Source of the DNA: Hormoscilla sp.
Lineage (GTDB): Bacteria; Cyanobacteriota; Cyanobacteriia; Cyanobacteriales; Desertifilaceae
Direction: 5' to 3'
Length of the DNA: 32,000 bases
NCBI GenBank assembly: GCA_051439505.1
Contig: JBFRWI010000002.1
Span: forward strand, 60,924-92,923
The notes beneath the pieces were generated by a model. That model saw only the letters and a list, made by a program, of their open reading frames with translations. It was not told where the DNA came from and made no database searches. Below, one piece after another: positions 1 to 9,600 of this stretch. A program made the translations under genes and the position numbers. Every line of letters begins with the position of its first letter. The first letter of the stretch is position 1.

Positions 1-2
1 AA

Positions 3-1340
3 AGTTTACTCGCGGCCTTAATTGATGCCGAAGCGGGAGTTCGAGGTTATGCCATGACCGGACGACCGGATTTTCTCGCGCCCTATAGTCAGGCGATCGC
101 AGAAATTCCCCAATCCCTCACCCAATTGGGGCGGCTAATTTCCGACAACCCCCAACAAATTGCCAGACTGACAGAAATTAGACAATTAACAGAAGAAACT
201 CTCGCCATTATGGAGAAGAAATTGGCGAAGATGAATGTCTTGGTGCTACGGGGAGGCTGGAAAAAACGCGAAGGCGAACAATCCTATTATCAATCGCCAC
301 TACAAGGGCAATTTTCTCCTAGCGAACTTTATGATTGGCTAGAACAGTGTAAAACTCTTGTGGATACAACGAGAGTAAAAATTGACAGTTTTGCCGCCGA
401 AGAAGAACGCTTGTTAGCGGAACGCAAACAGCATTTAGAGTTCGATCGACTGCTAAGTTTTGGTGTTTTATTGGTTGCTATTATTCTGGGGCTGGCTGGA
501 GGTATTTTTGCTCTATATCTTTTCGGTGAGTTGGAGCGAGAATTGTCCCAGGAGAGAAAATGCTTGCGCGAAACTAATGGGAGGTTGGAGTTATCTCGAA
601 CTGAGGTAGAACTGGCCAATCAAAAACTTCAAAATGCTTACGAACAATTACAGCGCTTTACTGCTAATGCTTCCCACGAATTGCGTTCTCCTTTGGCAGC
701 TATTTTAAGTAACGCTCAGGTGGGATTATTAGCACCGGATAGCGATAATATTCAACCCCGACAGCGTTTGGAAAAAATCGTCGAACTTGCCAAGTCAATG
801 AAGACCTTGGTGGAAAATTTACTATTTTTAGCTAGGTGCGAAAGCTTGCCGGAAACTGTGGTAGAAATTGAGTTAAAATCTTTCCTGCAAAAAATTAGCG
901 ATGAATGTCAATTGCTAGCAGCAGGAAAAAACCTTAATTGGATAGTAAATTTACCGGCTACTCCAGTTATGGCTAAAGTGGAACCGAATCTCCTACAGCA
1001 AGCTGTAGTAAACTTGCTGCAAAATGCTTGCAAATATACCCCGGATGAGGGTACAGTTGAGATAAAAATGGAGACCGACGATGGTCAAATTGACATATTG
1101 GTCAGAGATACGGGAGTGGGAATTACCGAGGCAGATTTACCTCATATTTTTGAGCGCTTTTATCGGGTGGAAAGGCGATCGCGCAGCGGTTTTGGTTTGG
1201 GATTGGCGATCGCCCAGCAAATTGTCAACCTCCACGACGGTCTCCTGACAGTGGAAAGCGTCTTGGGTCAGGGGTCAACTTTTACTATCTCTCTCCCGTT
1301 GACAGCAAAAGTCAAACCCCCAAATAAGGGCCATGCGTGA
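3..1340 (+). CDS. Sensor histidine kinase with CHASE3-type sensor domain (5' end cut by window edge)
   Basis: The frame is open from base 3, upstream of the listed ATG at 54 (..[27 protein letters not shown]3-like core). TM segment [26 protein letters not shown]-box ASHELRSPL. HATPase_c boxes [24 protein letters not shown]. Confidence 0.85.
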   Translation, partial: SLLAALIDAEAGVRGYAMTGRPDFLAPYSQAIAEIPQSLTQLGRLISDNPQQIARLTEIRQLTEETLAIMEKKLAKMNVLVLRGGWKKREGEQSYYQSPLQGQFSPSELYDWLEQCKTLVDTTRVKIDSFAAEEERLLAERKQHLEFDRLLSFGVLLVAIILGLAGGIFALYLFGELERELSQERKCLRETNGRLELSRTEVELANQKLQNAYEQLQRFTANASHELRSPLAAILSNAQVGLLAPDSDNIQPRQRLEKIVELAKSMKTLVENLLFLARCESLPETVVEIELKSFLQKISDECQLLAAGKNLNWIVNLPATPVMAKVEPNLLQQAVVNLLQNACKYTPDEGTVEIKMETDDGQIDILVRDTGVGITEADLPHIFERFYRVERRSRSGFGLGLAIAQQIVNLHDGLLTVESVLGQGSTFTISLPLTAKVKPPNKGHA

Positions 1341-1352
1341 TGATTAATCGTT

Positions 1353-2030
1353 TCAAAGGATGGGGGAACCGTTGGGGCGAGTAATGGCAGAAGCATCGAA
1401 GTCGTCATCGTCAAATTCTCCCACTACATTTACTCGTTCTCCGCGCCTCAAATTGAGGGATTGATTATCGGGTAAATCCGCATCAACGCGAACACGACCA
1501 TTGCGAGTCCGCAGCAAAAACTCATCGTTATCCACCATCCGAATAACCCGACCGGAGATAGTAGTTGCCGTTCCCGGTGCATCTGTCGTCGGAACTATGG
1601 GAGAACCGTCCGGGCGAGTAACGGCAGAAGCATCGAAGTCGCCATCGTCAAATTCTCCCACTACATTCACCCGTTCTCCGCGCCTCAAATTGAAGGATTG
1701 GTTATCGGGTAAATCCGCATCAACGAGAACTCGACCATTGCTAGTCCGCAGCAAAAACTCATCGTTATCCACCATCCGGATAACCTGACCGGAGATAGTA
1801 TTTGCCGGTGCCGGTGTATCTGTGGAAATTATGGGGGAACCGTCCGGGCGAGTAATGGCAGAAGCATCGAAGTCGCCATCGTCAAATTCTCCCACTACAT
1901 TCACCCGTTCTCCTGGTTGCAGGTTGAGAGATTGGGAATCTGGTAAATCCGCATCCACCAGAATGGGACCATTATTGGTCTGAAGCAAAAACTCATCGTT
2001 ATTCACTATCCGGATAACCTGACCGGAGAT
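1353..2030. repeat. In-frame tandem DNA repeat, three units of 234-237 bp
   Basis: The anchor string gggcgagtaa(t/c)ggcagaagcatcgaagtcg(t/c)catcgtcaaattctcccactacatt recurs at 1375, 1612 and 1846. Units are near-identical at DNA level. Confidence 0.9.
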
Positions 2031-2384
2031 GGTGCTTGTGGAAAAAGTCCTGTTTCCTGGAGAAGTTAAAGGATCGCTTGTCCGATAGATCTCGCCGGTT
2101 AGACTCTCCCCTGTCACCGGATCTAAAATCATCGAACCGTCCGGTCTCGCGATCGATCGGGTATCGATTTCCCCTTTGTCAAATTCATCTACCAACACGC
2201 TGACAGATTCGCCGACTGTTAAATCCAACCCTGAAGCACGAATAGGTGAAGGATCTACAATGGCACTGCCGCCACCAAAATTGAGGACAAAATCCTCTCC
2301 ATCCTCCGTGAAACCACCGACGATTCCTGTGATGATGGCTCCTGGTTGAACTCCCACTGTGGGAAATGGATTTGGGTCAATCAT
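1353..2384 (-). CDS. Four-domain bacterial OB-fold (BOF/YgiW-like) repeat protein, no signal peptide
   Basis: 343-aa ORF with one degenerate and three near-identical ~78-aa units (ISGQVIRMVDNDEFLLRT.NGRV.VDADLPDNQS.NLRRGERVNVVGEFDDGDFDASA.TRPDGSPI). The unit pattern (x-DEFLLRD-xG-I-VD ... V-V-GE-D-D-FD) resembles the YgiW/YdeI OB-fold family. Antisense ORFs are translations of the same repeats. Confidence 0.7.
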   Translation of the reverse strand: MIDPNPFPTVGVQPGAIITGIVGGFTEDGEDFVLNFGGGSAIVDPSPIRASGLDLTVGESVSVLVDEFDKGEIDTRSIARPDGSMILDPVTGESLTGEIYRTSDPLTSPGNRTFSTSTISGQVIRIVNNDEFLLQTNNGPILVDADLPDSQSLNLQPGERVNVVGEFDDGDFDASAITRPDGSPIISTDTPAPANTISGQVIRMVDNDEFLLRTSNGRVLVDADLPDNQSFNLRRGERVNVVGEFDDGDFDASAVTRPDGSPIVPTTDAPGTATTISGRVIRMVDNDEFLLRTRNGRVRVDADLPDNQSLNLRRGERVNVVGEFDDDDFDASAITRPNGSPIL

Positions 2385-2429
2385 ATTTAAGACTCCTCGA
2401 ACGTGATGGTTTCACCATAAAAAAAGAAA

Positions 2430-2479
2430 GTGACATGAATGTGACACCATTTTTTTTCTGCTTGTCATTTTTCTGTCAC
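2430..2479. promoter_or_regulatory. Two TGTCAC/TGTCAT direct-repeat pairs (11-bp spacing) in the divergent promoter region
   Basis: GTGACA at 2430-2435 and 2441-2446 reads as TGTCAC-N5-TGTCAC on the minus strand. TGTCAT at 2463-2468 and TGTCAC at 2474-2479 lie on the plus strand. Start-to-start spacing is exactly 11 bp in both pairs. Confidence 0.5.
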
Positions 2480-2500
2480 ATTTACTTTTTATCTTCGGGA

Positions 2501-2520
2501 TAGAGTAGGCACCGCCCACC
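2501..2520. repeat. Degenerate copy of the TAGGGTGGGC-N3-GCCCACC palindromic element
   Basis: tagagtaggcaccgcccacc has two mismatches to the tagggtgggcaccgcccacc copies elsewhere in the window. Confidence 0.6.
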
Positions 2521-2667
2521 CTTGAGGCGATCGCACTATTGCTGTAACCTGATTGCTGTCATCTCTGTAATGTGTAAAATTTTCCGGACACCTCTTGTCA
2601 GTAATATTTCGGACATATTCTTTCACTTTTCACTGGCTAAAGTAGATGTCGTTCAGGAAAGCAAATC

Positions 2668-2952
2668 ATGATCCCGTTACTAATCAAGGAAAATCTAGTG
2701 CAGCCGTTCAAATACTGGAATGAAGGCATCAAAGAAGGGATGGTGAATCATCAAGGTGAATTGTATTCTTATGTGGGGTCATACCCCTTGAATAGAAGAG
2801 CGCAGGCTTATGAGTTAGGATGCGAAATGGCTGAAAAGGGAATGGATATCTGCCTAACTTACTCTCCGTTGGGTTATAAAGTATGGATGAAGCTGAAACT
2901 TTCTGAAGCTAATCAAACCGATAACCAGTTCGGTAACGTGCAAATAGCATGA
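2668..2952 (+). CDS. Hypothetical 94-aa protein
   Basis: ATG is preceded by aggaaag about 8 nt upstream. It sits between the two OB-fold genes. I recognise no motif. Confidence 0.5.
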   Translation: MIPLLIKENLVQPFKYWNEGIKEGMVNHQGELYSYVGSYPLNRRAQAYELGCEMAEKGMDICLTYSPLGYKVWMKLKLSEANQTDNQFGNVQIA

Positions 2953-2988
2953 ATAATTTTAATGAGCGATTGAAAAATCTGAGATGCA

Positions 2989-3005
2989 TGTCACTTTCTT
3001 GTCAC
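2989..3005 (+). promoter_or_regulatory. TGTCAC-N5-TGTCAC direct repeat upstream of the secreted OB-fold gene
   Basis: TGTCAC at 2989-2994 and 3000-3005 (11-bp spacing, followed by ATT as at 2474-2482), ~70-85 bp upstream of the ATG at 3076. Confidence 0.5.
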
Positions 3006-3075
3006 ATTCTGGAGTTAACGTCAGAATAGGACTACCCAAAAATAACTTTTGCCAACTAATTCAGGAACGATAATC

Positions 3076-3429
3076 ATGAACAAGACAATTGCCATAGCTT
3101 TATGTGCAGCTTCTTTTCTGTTGCCAGTTAGCGGAGTGCGAAGTCAAACCCCCATTGGAGATTTGCAGCGCCCTCATGGCGTTACTATTTCCGGCACCGT
3201 AAAGAGTGTAGTTGGTAATGAGTTTATTCTCCGCGACAGCAGTGGAGAAATTATCGTAGATGCGGGACCGCGCTGGAGGCAAGAAATTAATCTCACTCCC
3301 GGGGAACGAGTGACGGTTGTGGGTGAATACGACGACGATGATTTCGATGCTTATTCTATTTCTCGCAGTAGCGGTGAAGTCATCCAAATTCGTACCGAGG
3401 ATGATGATGATCCTTGGGAGGAACGGTAA
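3076..3429 (+). CDS. Secreted single-domain bacterial OB-fold (YgiW-like) protein
   Basis: ATG at 3076 has aggaa 8 nt upstream (the track's TTG at 3049 is less likely). Sec-type signal MNKTIAIALCAASFLLPVSG. Mature part GTVKSVVGNEFILRDSSGEIIVDAG...GERVTVVGEYDDDDFDAYSI is paralogous to the repeats in 1353-2384. Confidence 0.75.
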   Translation: MNKTIAIALCAASFLLPVSGVRSQTPIGDLQRPHGVTISGTVKSVVGNEFILRDSSGEIIVDAGPRWRQEINLTPGERVTVVGEYDDDDFDAYSISRSSGEVIQIRTEDDDDPWEER

Positions 3430-3690
3430 AAAAGACGCTTCAACTGCTGCCGGGGAAGATGCGATCGCTTTTAATATGATTCAACCTGTTGAGAATCAAC
3501 TTGAGGTTCTACGTAAGCGCCTTGCGCGCTTATCTTCCCTTGCTAGCATCAACCAGAGAGGACAGAACGCTATCTACTATCTCCTCTATATATTTGATAT
3601 CTTGTATCATTCTCAATAAGACCGATTAAGCTGGTTTGGGGGGATGGGACTGTTTCATCCCCTTCTAAATAATTTTCTAGGCGCTTTCTC

Positions 3691-3755
3691 GCCCGGAAAG
3701 CACTAAAGTGCTTACTACTAACTGCCCGGAAAGCACTAAAGTGCTTACTACTAAC
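3691..3755. repeat. Two abutting 33-bp units, each with an AAGCAC-N4-GTGCTT hairpin, just 3' of polA
   Basis: gcccggaaagcactaaagtgcttactactaac(t) at 3691-3723 and 3724-3755. The repeat starts 5 bp beyond the polA stop (3760-3762, minus strand). Confidence 0.85.
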
Positions 3756-3759
3756 GGTT

Positions 3760-6627
3760 CTACTTAGCATCCATCCAATTATCGCCTGCATGAATATCAA
3801 CCACCAGCGGCACGGTTAACTCCACAGCAGATTCCATCGCGGTCTTGATTTCCGATTGTAACACTTCCCACTCCTCTGGGGGAACTTCAAATACTAATTC
3901 ATCATGCACTTGTAATAGCAATCTCGCCTGGTACTTCTGTAACCGTTCATCCAGTTTTACCATCGCTATTTTGATGATATCCGCACTCGAACCCTGAATG
4001 GGCGCATTCGCTGCGGCCCTTAACATCCCAGCATCGTTCCTACCGAGAGCGAAATTAAATTTGTTTAAGTCGATCTCTTCGGGATCCCTTCCTTTCATCT
4101 TCTGCAAGGTTCCATTTTCAAACTCGAAGTAGCGACGCCGCCCTAATATTGTTTCCACATATCCACGGGCGATCGCCTCCTTCTTCACCCTCTCCAAATA
4201 GGCAAACACGCCTGGATAGCGTCGATAAAACCGCTGAATAAATTCTTTTCCTTCTGCGCTTGTCACTCCCGCCGATCGGGCAAATTTTTGCGCCCCCATG
4301 CCGTAAATAACGCCAAAGTTAATCGTCTTACCCACACCTCGTTCCGCTGGCGTTACTGTTTCCTTTTCAAATAGCAGTCGGGCCGTGACTGTATGAATAT
4401 CTGCATTTTGCTGGTAAGCCTCAATTAACACCGGTTCCTGACTCAGATGTGCCAAGATCCGCAACTCTATTTGGGAATAGTCTGCCGATAGCAACAACCA
4501 GTCCTGTTCCGGTAAAAACGCCTTTCTAATTTGCCGCGAAAATTCCGTTCTAATGGGAATATTCTGTAAATTAGGATTGGAAGAAGAAAGTCGTCCCGTT
4601 CCCGTCACCGTCTGATTGAAATCTGTATGCACCCGCTGGGTATCCCCACGCACCAACTGCGGTAAGGCATCCACATATGTTGATTTTAACTTGTCCAGGG
4701 TGCGATATTGCCAAATCAGATCGACCACCGGGTGATCCTCTTGCAGTTTTTCCAGGGTAGCGGCGTCAGTAGAATAACCCGTCTTAATTTTCCGAGATTT
4801 CTTGCTATCTAAACCCAGCTTCTCAAACAGCAACTCACTCACCTGTTTAGGTGAACCCAGGTTGAATTTATCTCCCGCTTCCCGATATGCTTGTTCTTCA
4901 ATCTTTGCCAACTCTTTTTGCAACTGTTGCGAGAGTTCCTCCAGGTATTTGCTATCAATCCTGATCCCGGTATATTCCAGGGCTGCTAGAATTGGTTCTA
5001 AAGGCTGTTCTACCTCTAGCAGCAGCTTCTGCAAAGCTGGTACTTGCTGGAGTTTAGCACTCAACTTCTCTACCAATTGGAAGGTTGCCTGCAGCTGCTG
5101 GCCACAGTAATATGCTACTGTCGGGATATCTACCTCCGCAATTGTTTTCCCCTTTGGCACTACTTCAGAGTAGCTTTTCATCTTCAGCACCAGATTATTC
5201 CTCATTGACAAGTCTTTGAGGTTATGAGGCTTTTCTGGATCTAGGACGTAACTTGCTAGCATGGTGTCAAAACCTACCCCTTGCAGTTCTATTCCCTGAC
5301 ATCGCAGGACTAGGCGATCGCCCTTAGCATTCTGGAACGCTTTGGGATAATCTCCACTTTCGAGAATGGGACGCAAAGCCTCTAGAACCATAGCCATATC
5401 CAAATTATCCCCCGTTACGTGATGAATGGGAATATAAGCAACATCATTGGCATCCGTTCCCCAGCAGCAACCTATTCCTACCAGTTGCGAGTTTCGCGGT
5501 TTTAACTCTGTAGTTTCCGTCTTCCAGGCTACCGGTACATCCCTGCAACCTTGCAATTGCTTTACCAATGCCGTTAGTTTAGCCTCGGTATCAATGATGG
5601 GCGGCCCTACATCTTTGTCTTTGTAGAGATCTAGTTCTAATTGCTGCTGGATGCCGCGAGGGCTTTCCTCTGTTCTCAGTTCCGTTACGGTCCCGCCCAA
5701 TATCTCTTGTAGCTTCCCAATTTTATCCAAAAACTTCTTGAGTTCTAATTTTAACAGTATCGGTTCTACCCGCCCCATGTCAAAACCTGTCAACTGGCAG
5801 TCTTCTAGGCTAATTTCTATCGGCACGTCAAGCTTCAACTGGGCCATATACTGGGAATGATAGGCGGAGTCTTTCCCCTCTGCTAGCTTTTTATTCACGG
5901 CTCCTTTAATATTGTCTAAGGCAGCATATATATTGTCGAGACTGCCGTATTCCTTAAGCAGCTTGACCGCCGTCTTTGCCCCTATCCCTCTGACTCCGGG
6001 AATGTTATCGGAACTGTCCCCGCAGAGGGCTTTATAGTCAACTACCTGTGTTGGGGGAATGCCTAATTTCTCTATCACTTCCTCTGTTCCGAACTCGGTG
6101 GCCCTACTAGATCGCTGGTTGTAACCGCCACCCATGTACAATACCGTGATGTTTTTGGCTTCGTCAACTATCCCGAATAAATCCCGATCGCCCGTCAGCA
6201 CCTTTACCCGATAACCTGCTGCACTCCCCTCTTGCGCTAATGTTGCCAAGACATCATCTGCTTCATATCCCGCACTGCTTACCAGGGGCATATTTAATGC
6301 CTGTAGCAGTTCCTGGAGATTTTCCATGTCTGGGATAAAATCTGCTGGCGTTTCCGCCCGCCCTGCCTTATAGTTAGCATCTGCCTGGTGCCGGAATGTT
6401 GGTTCCGCCCGATCGAATGCTACCGCGATCGCCTGGGGTTGGTGAGATGCGATCGCCTCTAGCATACTATTTAGAAAACCAAAGCAGACGCTAGTGGGAT
6501 TTTTTGTGGAAGTTCTCAGTCCGCCGTTCCTACTTTTAGCAAAAGCATAGTAAGAACGGAAGGCTAAGGAGTGACCATCTATTAACAGCAACAGGGGCGG
6601 ACCCTTCATCTCGGTGGAGTTTGACAT
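3760..6627 (-). CDS. polA: DNA polymerase I
   Basis: 955 aa. 5'-nuclease N-terminus (LLLIDGHSLAFRSYYAF, GDSSDNIPGVRGIGAKTA). Pol A motifs DYSQIELRILAH, RRxAKTINFG-like (GVGKTINFGVIYGM) and QVHDELVFE. Confidence 0.97.
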   Translation of the reverse strand: MSNSTEMKGPPLLLLIDGHSLAFRSYYAFAKSRNGGLRTSTKNPTSVCFGFLNSMLEAIASHQPQAIAVAFDRAEPTFRHQADANYKAGRAETPADFIPDMENLQELLQALNMPLVSSAGYEADDVLATLAQEGSAAGYRVKVLTGDRDLFGIVDEAKNITVLYMGGGYNQRSSRATEFGTEEVIEKLGIPPTQVVDYKALCGDSSDNIPGVRGIGAKTAVKLLKEYGSLDNIYAALDNIKGAVNKKLAEGKDSAYHSQYMAQLKLDVPIEISLEDCQLTGFDMGRVEPILLKLELKKFLDKIGKLQEILGGTVTELRTEESPRGIQQQLELDLYKDKDVGPPIIDTEAKLTALVKQLQGCRDVPVAWKTETTELKPRNSQLVGIGCCWGTDANDVAYIPIHHVTGDNLDMAMVLEALRPILESGDYPKAFQNAKGDRLVLRCQGIELQGVGFDTMLASYVLDPEKPHNLKDLSMRNNLVLKMKSYSEVVPKGKTIAEVDIPTVAYYCGQQLQATFQLVEKLSAKLQQVPALQKLLLEVEQPLEPILAALEYTGIRIDSKYLEELSQQLQKELAKIEEQAYREAGDKFNLGSPKQVSELLFEKLGLDSKKSRKIKTGYSTDAATLEKLQEDHPVVDLIWQYRTLDKLKSTYVDALPQLVRGDTQRVHTDFNQTVTGTGRLSSSNPNLQNIPIRTEFSRQIRKAFLPEQDWLLLSADYSQIELRILAHLSQEPVLIEAYQQNADIHTVTARLLFEKETVTPAERGVGKTINFGVIYGMGAQKFARSAGVTSAEGKEFIQRFYRRYPGVFAYLERVKKEAIARGYVETILGRRRYFEFENGTLQKMKGRDPEEIDLNKFNFALGRNDAGMLRAAANAPIQGSSADIIKIAMVKLDERLQKYQARLLLQVHDELVFEVPPEEWEVLQSEIKTAMESAVELTVPLVVDIHAGDNWMDAK

Positions 6628-6762
6628 CGTTTTCTCTGGCTGGGTTGGTTGCTTTTCCTGCCCGGTATTCTAACATGCGATCGTCATCCTGCGGCAACCT
6701 GCCGTTATCGGGGGTGTGGTCATAATTAATTGATAGTCGGGTGCATCGCCCGATACATATAT

Positions 6763-6812
6763 AGCCCGCGCAGGCGGGCTTAGTTCGAGTAGCCGGACCC
6801 TTTAGGGTTCGG
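6763..6812. repeat. Paired-hairpin dispersed repeat (hairpin - TAGTTCGAGTAGC linker - hairpin)
   Basis: agcccgc-gcag-gcgggct (6763-6780), then the linker tagttcgagtagc, then ccggaccc-ttta-gggttcgg (6793-6812). Same layout as 23860-23908. Confidence 0.6.
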
Positions 6813-6922
6813 GGCGGACGCTCTTTTCGACGATGATCTGGCTCCGATCGCAGCAGGAGTATGGCTGGGTGCATTATATAATTAACAAAGACAAGCAGAC
6901 CTTAAGAAATATTACAGAGTAG

Positions 6923-8311
<1,389 letters not shown>

Positions 8312-8340
8312 CTGATGACATTGGATGCCTGTCCGACAAG

Positions 8341-8379
8341 GGTGTGGTCAAAAAACAGTTGGTTGTTGTTGACCACACC
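8341..8379. repeat. 11-bp-stem hairpin between pds and crtB
   Basis: ggtgtggtcaa (8341-8351) is complementary to ttgaccacacc (8369-8379), with a 17-nt loop. Confidence 0.7.
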
Positions 8380-8385
8380 CGCGAA

Positions 8386-8407
8386 GGGTGGGCGGTGCCC
8401 ACCCTAC
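8386..8407. repeat. GGTGGGC-N3-GCCCACC palindromic element
   Basis: The sequence is gggtgggcggtgcccaccctac, the reverse orientation of the 9396/9441/22831 copies. Confidence 0.85.
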
Positions 8408-8427
8408 GAATGCAACTGAAGCAGTAA

Positions 8428-9345
8428 ATGAACTCACCTGGCATGAGAAAGCTGGTATCTCTAGAGGAAGCCTATGAAATCTGTCGTCAGATGACGGCCA
8501 AGTACGCGAAGACGTTTTATCTGGGTACGTTATTGATGCCAGAAGCCAAGCGTCGGGCAATTTGGGCGATCTACGCTTGGTGTCGGCGCACGGATGAACT
8601 GGTAGATGGCAGCGATGCCGTGATGACGACGCCGGAAACCCTTGATGGATGGGAAAAACAGCTGGAAGGGGTCTTTGCAGGGGAAGCGATCGATGATTGT
8701 GACCTAGCGTTGGTGGATACCCTGGAAAAATTCCCCTTGGAGATTCAGCCCTTTCGAGACATGATTGCCGGTCAGCGCATGGACCTGTACCGGAGTCGTT
8801 ACGAGACCTTTGAGGAGTTATATTTGTATTGCTATCGGGTGGCGGGTACGGTAGGCTTGATGTCTACCACTGTTATGGGTGTGGATACTTCGGGCTACGC
8901 GGCACCCTGGCAGCGCAACTCTCAACCCTATATTCCTATTAAAGAGGCGATCGCCCTCGGGATAGCAAACCAGCTGACAAATATCCTGCGAGATGTGGGG
9001 GAGGACGCCCACCGGGGCCGCATTTATCTGCCGGAAGAAGATTTAGCTCGGTTTAATTATACCGAGAAGGATTTATTGAATGGAGTCGTAGACGAGCGCT
9101 GGCGCCAGTTCATGCAGTTCCAAATCGAACGGGCCCGCGAGTTCTTCACTCAAGCAGAAACGGGTCTGCGTTTCCTGATTCCCGACGCGAAATGGCCAGT
9201 CTGGTCCGCTTTGATGCTTTATCAGCAGATTTTAGATGCGATCGAGCGCAACCAGTACGATGTCTTTAGTAAAAGAGCCTATGTTTCTACCCCCCGCAAG
9301 TTCCTGAGTTTGCCCGTTGCCTGGTTGCGGGCCCAAGCACTTTAA
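8428..9345 (+). CDS. crtB: Phytoene synthase
   Basis: SLEEAYEICRQMTAKYAKTFYLGTLLMP..RRAIWAIYAWCRRTDELVDG and the squalene/phytoene synthase signature YCYRVAGTVGLM. The start may be ATG 8428 or ATG 8443. Confidence 0.95.
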   Translation: MNSPGMRKLVSLEEAYEICRQMTAKYAKTFYLGTLLMPEAKRRAIWAIYAWCRRTDELVDGSDAVMTTPETLDGWEKQLEGVFAGEAIDDCDLALVDTLEKFPLEIQPFRDMIAGQRMDLYRSRYETFEELYLYCYRVAGTVGLMSTTVMGVDTSGYAAPWQRNSQPYIPIKEAIALGIANQLTNILRDVGEDAHRGRIYLPEEDLARFNYTEKDLLNGVVDERWRQFMQFQIERAREFFTQAETGLRFLIPDAKWPVWSALMLYQQILDAIERNQYDVFSKRAYVSTPRKFLSLPVAWLRAQAL

Positions 9346-9384
9346 TTGGCGATTGCTAATTGCTAATTGCTAATTGCTAATTGC
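9343..9384. repeat. STRR-like heptamer array (TAATTGC) x4 plus degenerate flanking units
   Basis: Perfect units lie at 9357, 9364, 9371 and 9378. The array begins at the crtB stop codon. Confidence 0.9.
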
Positions 9385-9393
9385 GAGTTGGGA

Positions 9394-9476
9394 AGTAGGG
9401 TGGGCACCGCCCACCAAATGCGCTCGGTGTTATTGATAAGTAGGGTGGGCACCGCCCACCAAGTGCGCTCGGTGTT
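9394..9476. repeat. Two 38-bp direct repeats (45-bp period), each with a GGTGGGC-ACC-GCCCACC palindrome
   Basis: agtagggtgggcaccgcccaccaa(a/g)tgcgctcggtgtt at 9394-9431 and 9439-9476. Confidence 0.9.
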
Positions 9477-9600
9477 GACGATCTGAAGCCAAGATTGTCA
9501 ATGCGATCGAACGCAAGCATTATTGTTACATTGTTATAACCATGACTTCACTATAAGTTATACGCTTTCATAAGTTATAGATCTTGGCAATTCACAATTT

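Noticed and set aside
329-1788. Antisense ORFs 329-619 (-) and 1501-1788 (+)
   Set aside because: They lie fully within the histidine kinase and OB-fold repeat genes on the opposite strand. The second is merely the reverse translation of the tandem repeat.
3691-3755. Possible miniature CRISPR array (33-bp palindromic repeat units)
   Set aside because: Only two units are present, and they abut directly with no spacer between them. No cas genes are nearby. A tandem hairpin repeat just 3' of polA explains them better.
3317-3800. ORFs 3317-3619 (+) and 3570-3800 (-) between the OB-fold gene and polA
   Set aside because: The first overlaps the 3' end of the well-supported 3076-3429 gene in another frame. 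The second runs through the 33-bp tandem repeat (duplicated peptide SSKHFSAFRA) and into polA. Neither has an RBS.
6536-6874. 112-aa ORF in the polA/pds divergent region
   Set aside because: It overlaps the polA 5' end and reads straight through the hairpin repeats (..TKPACAGY..). It has no RBS and an Arg/Pro-rich composition typical of translated repeats.
8348-8560. 70-aa minus-strand ORF across the pds/crtB spacer
   Set aside because: It spans the hairpin and the GGTGGGC palindrome and overlaps the crtB start. It has no RBS or motif.
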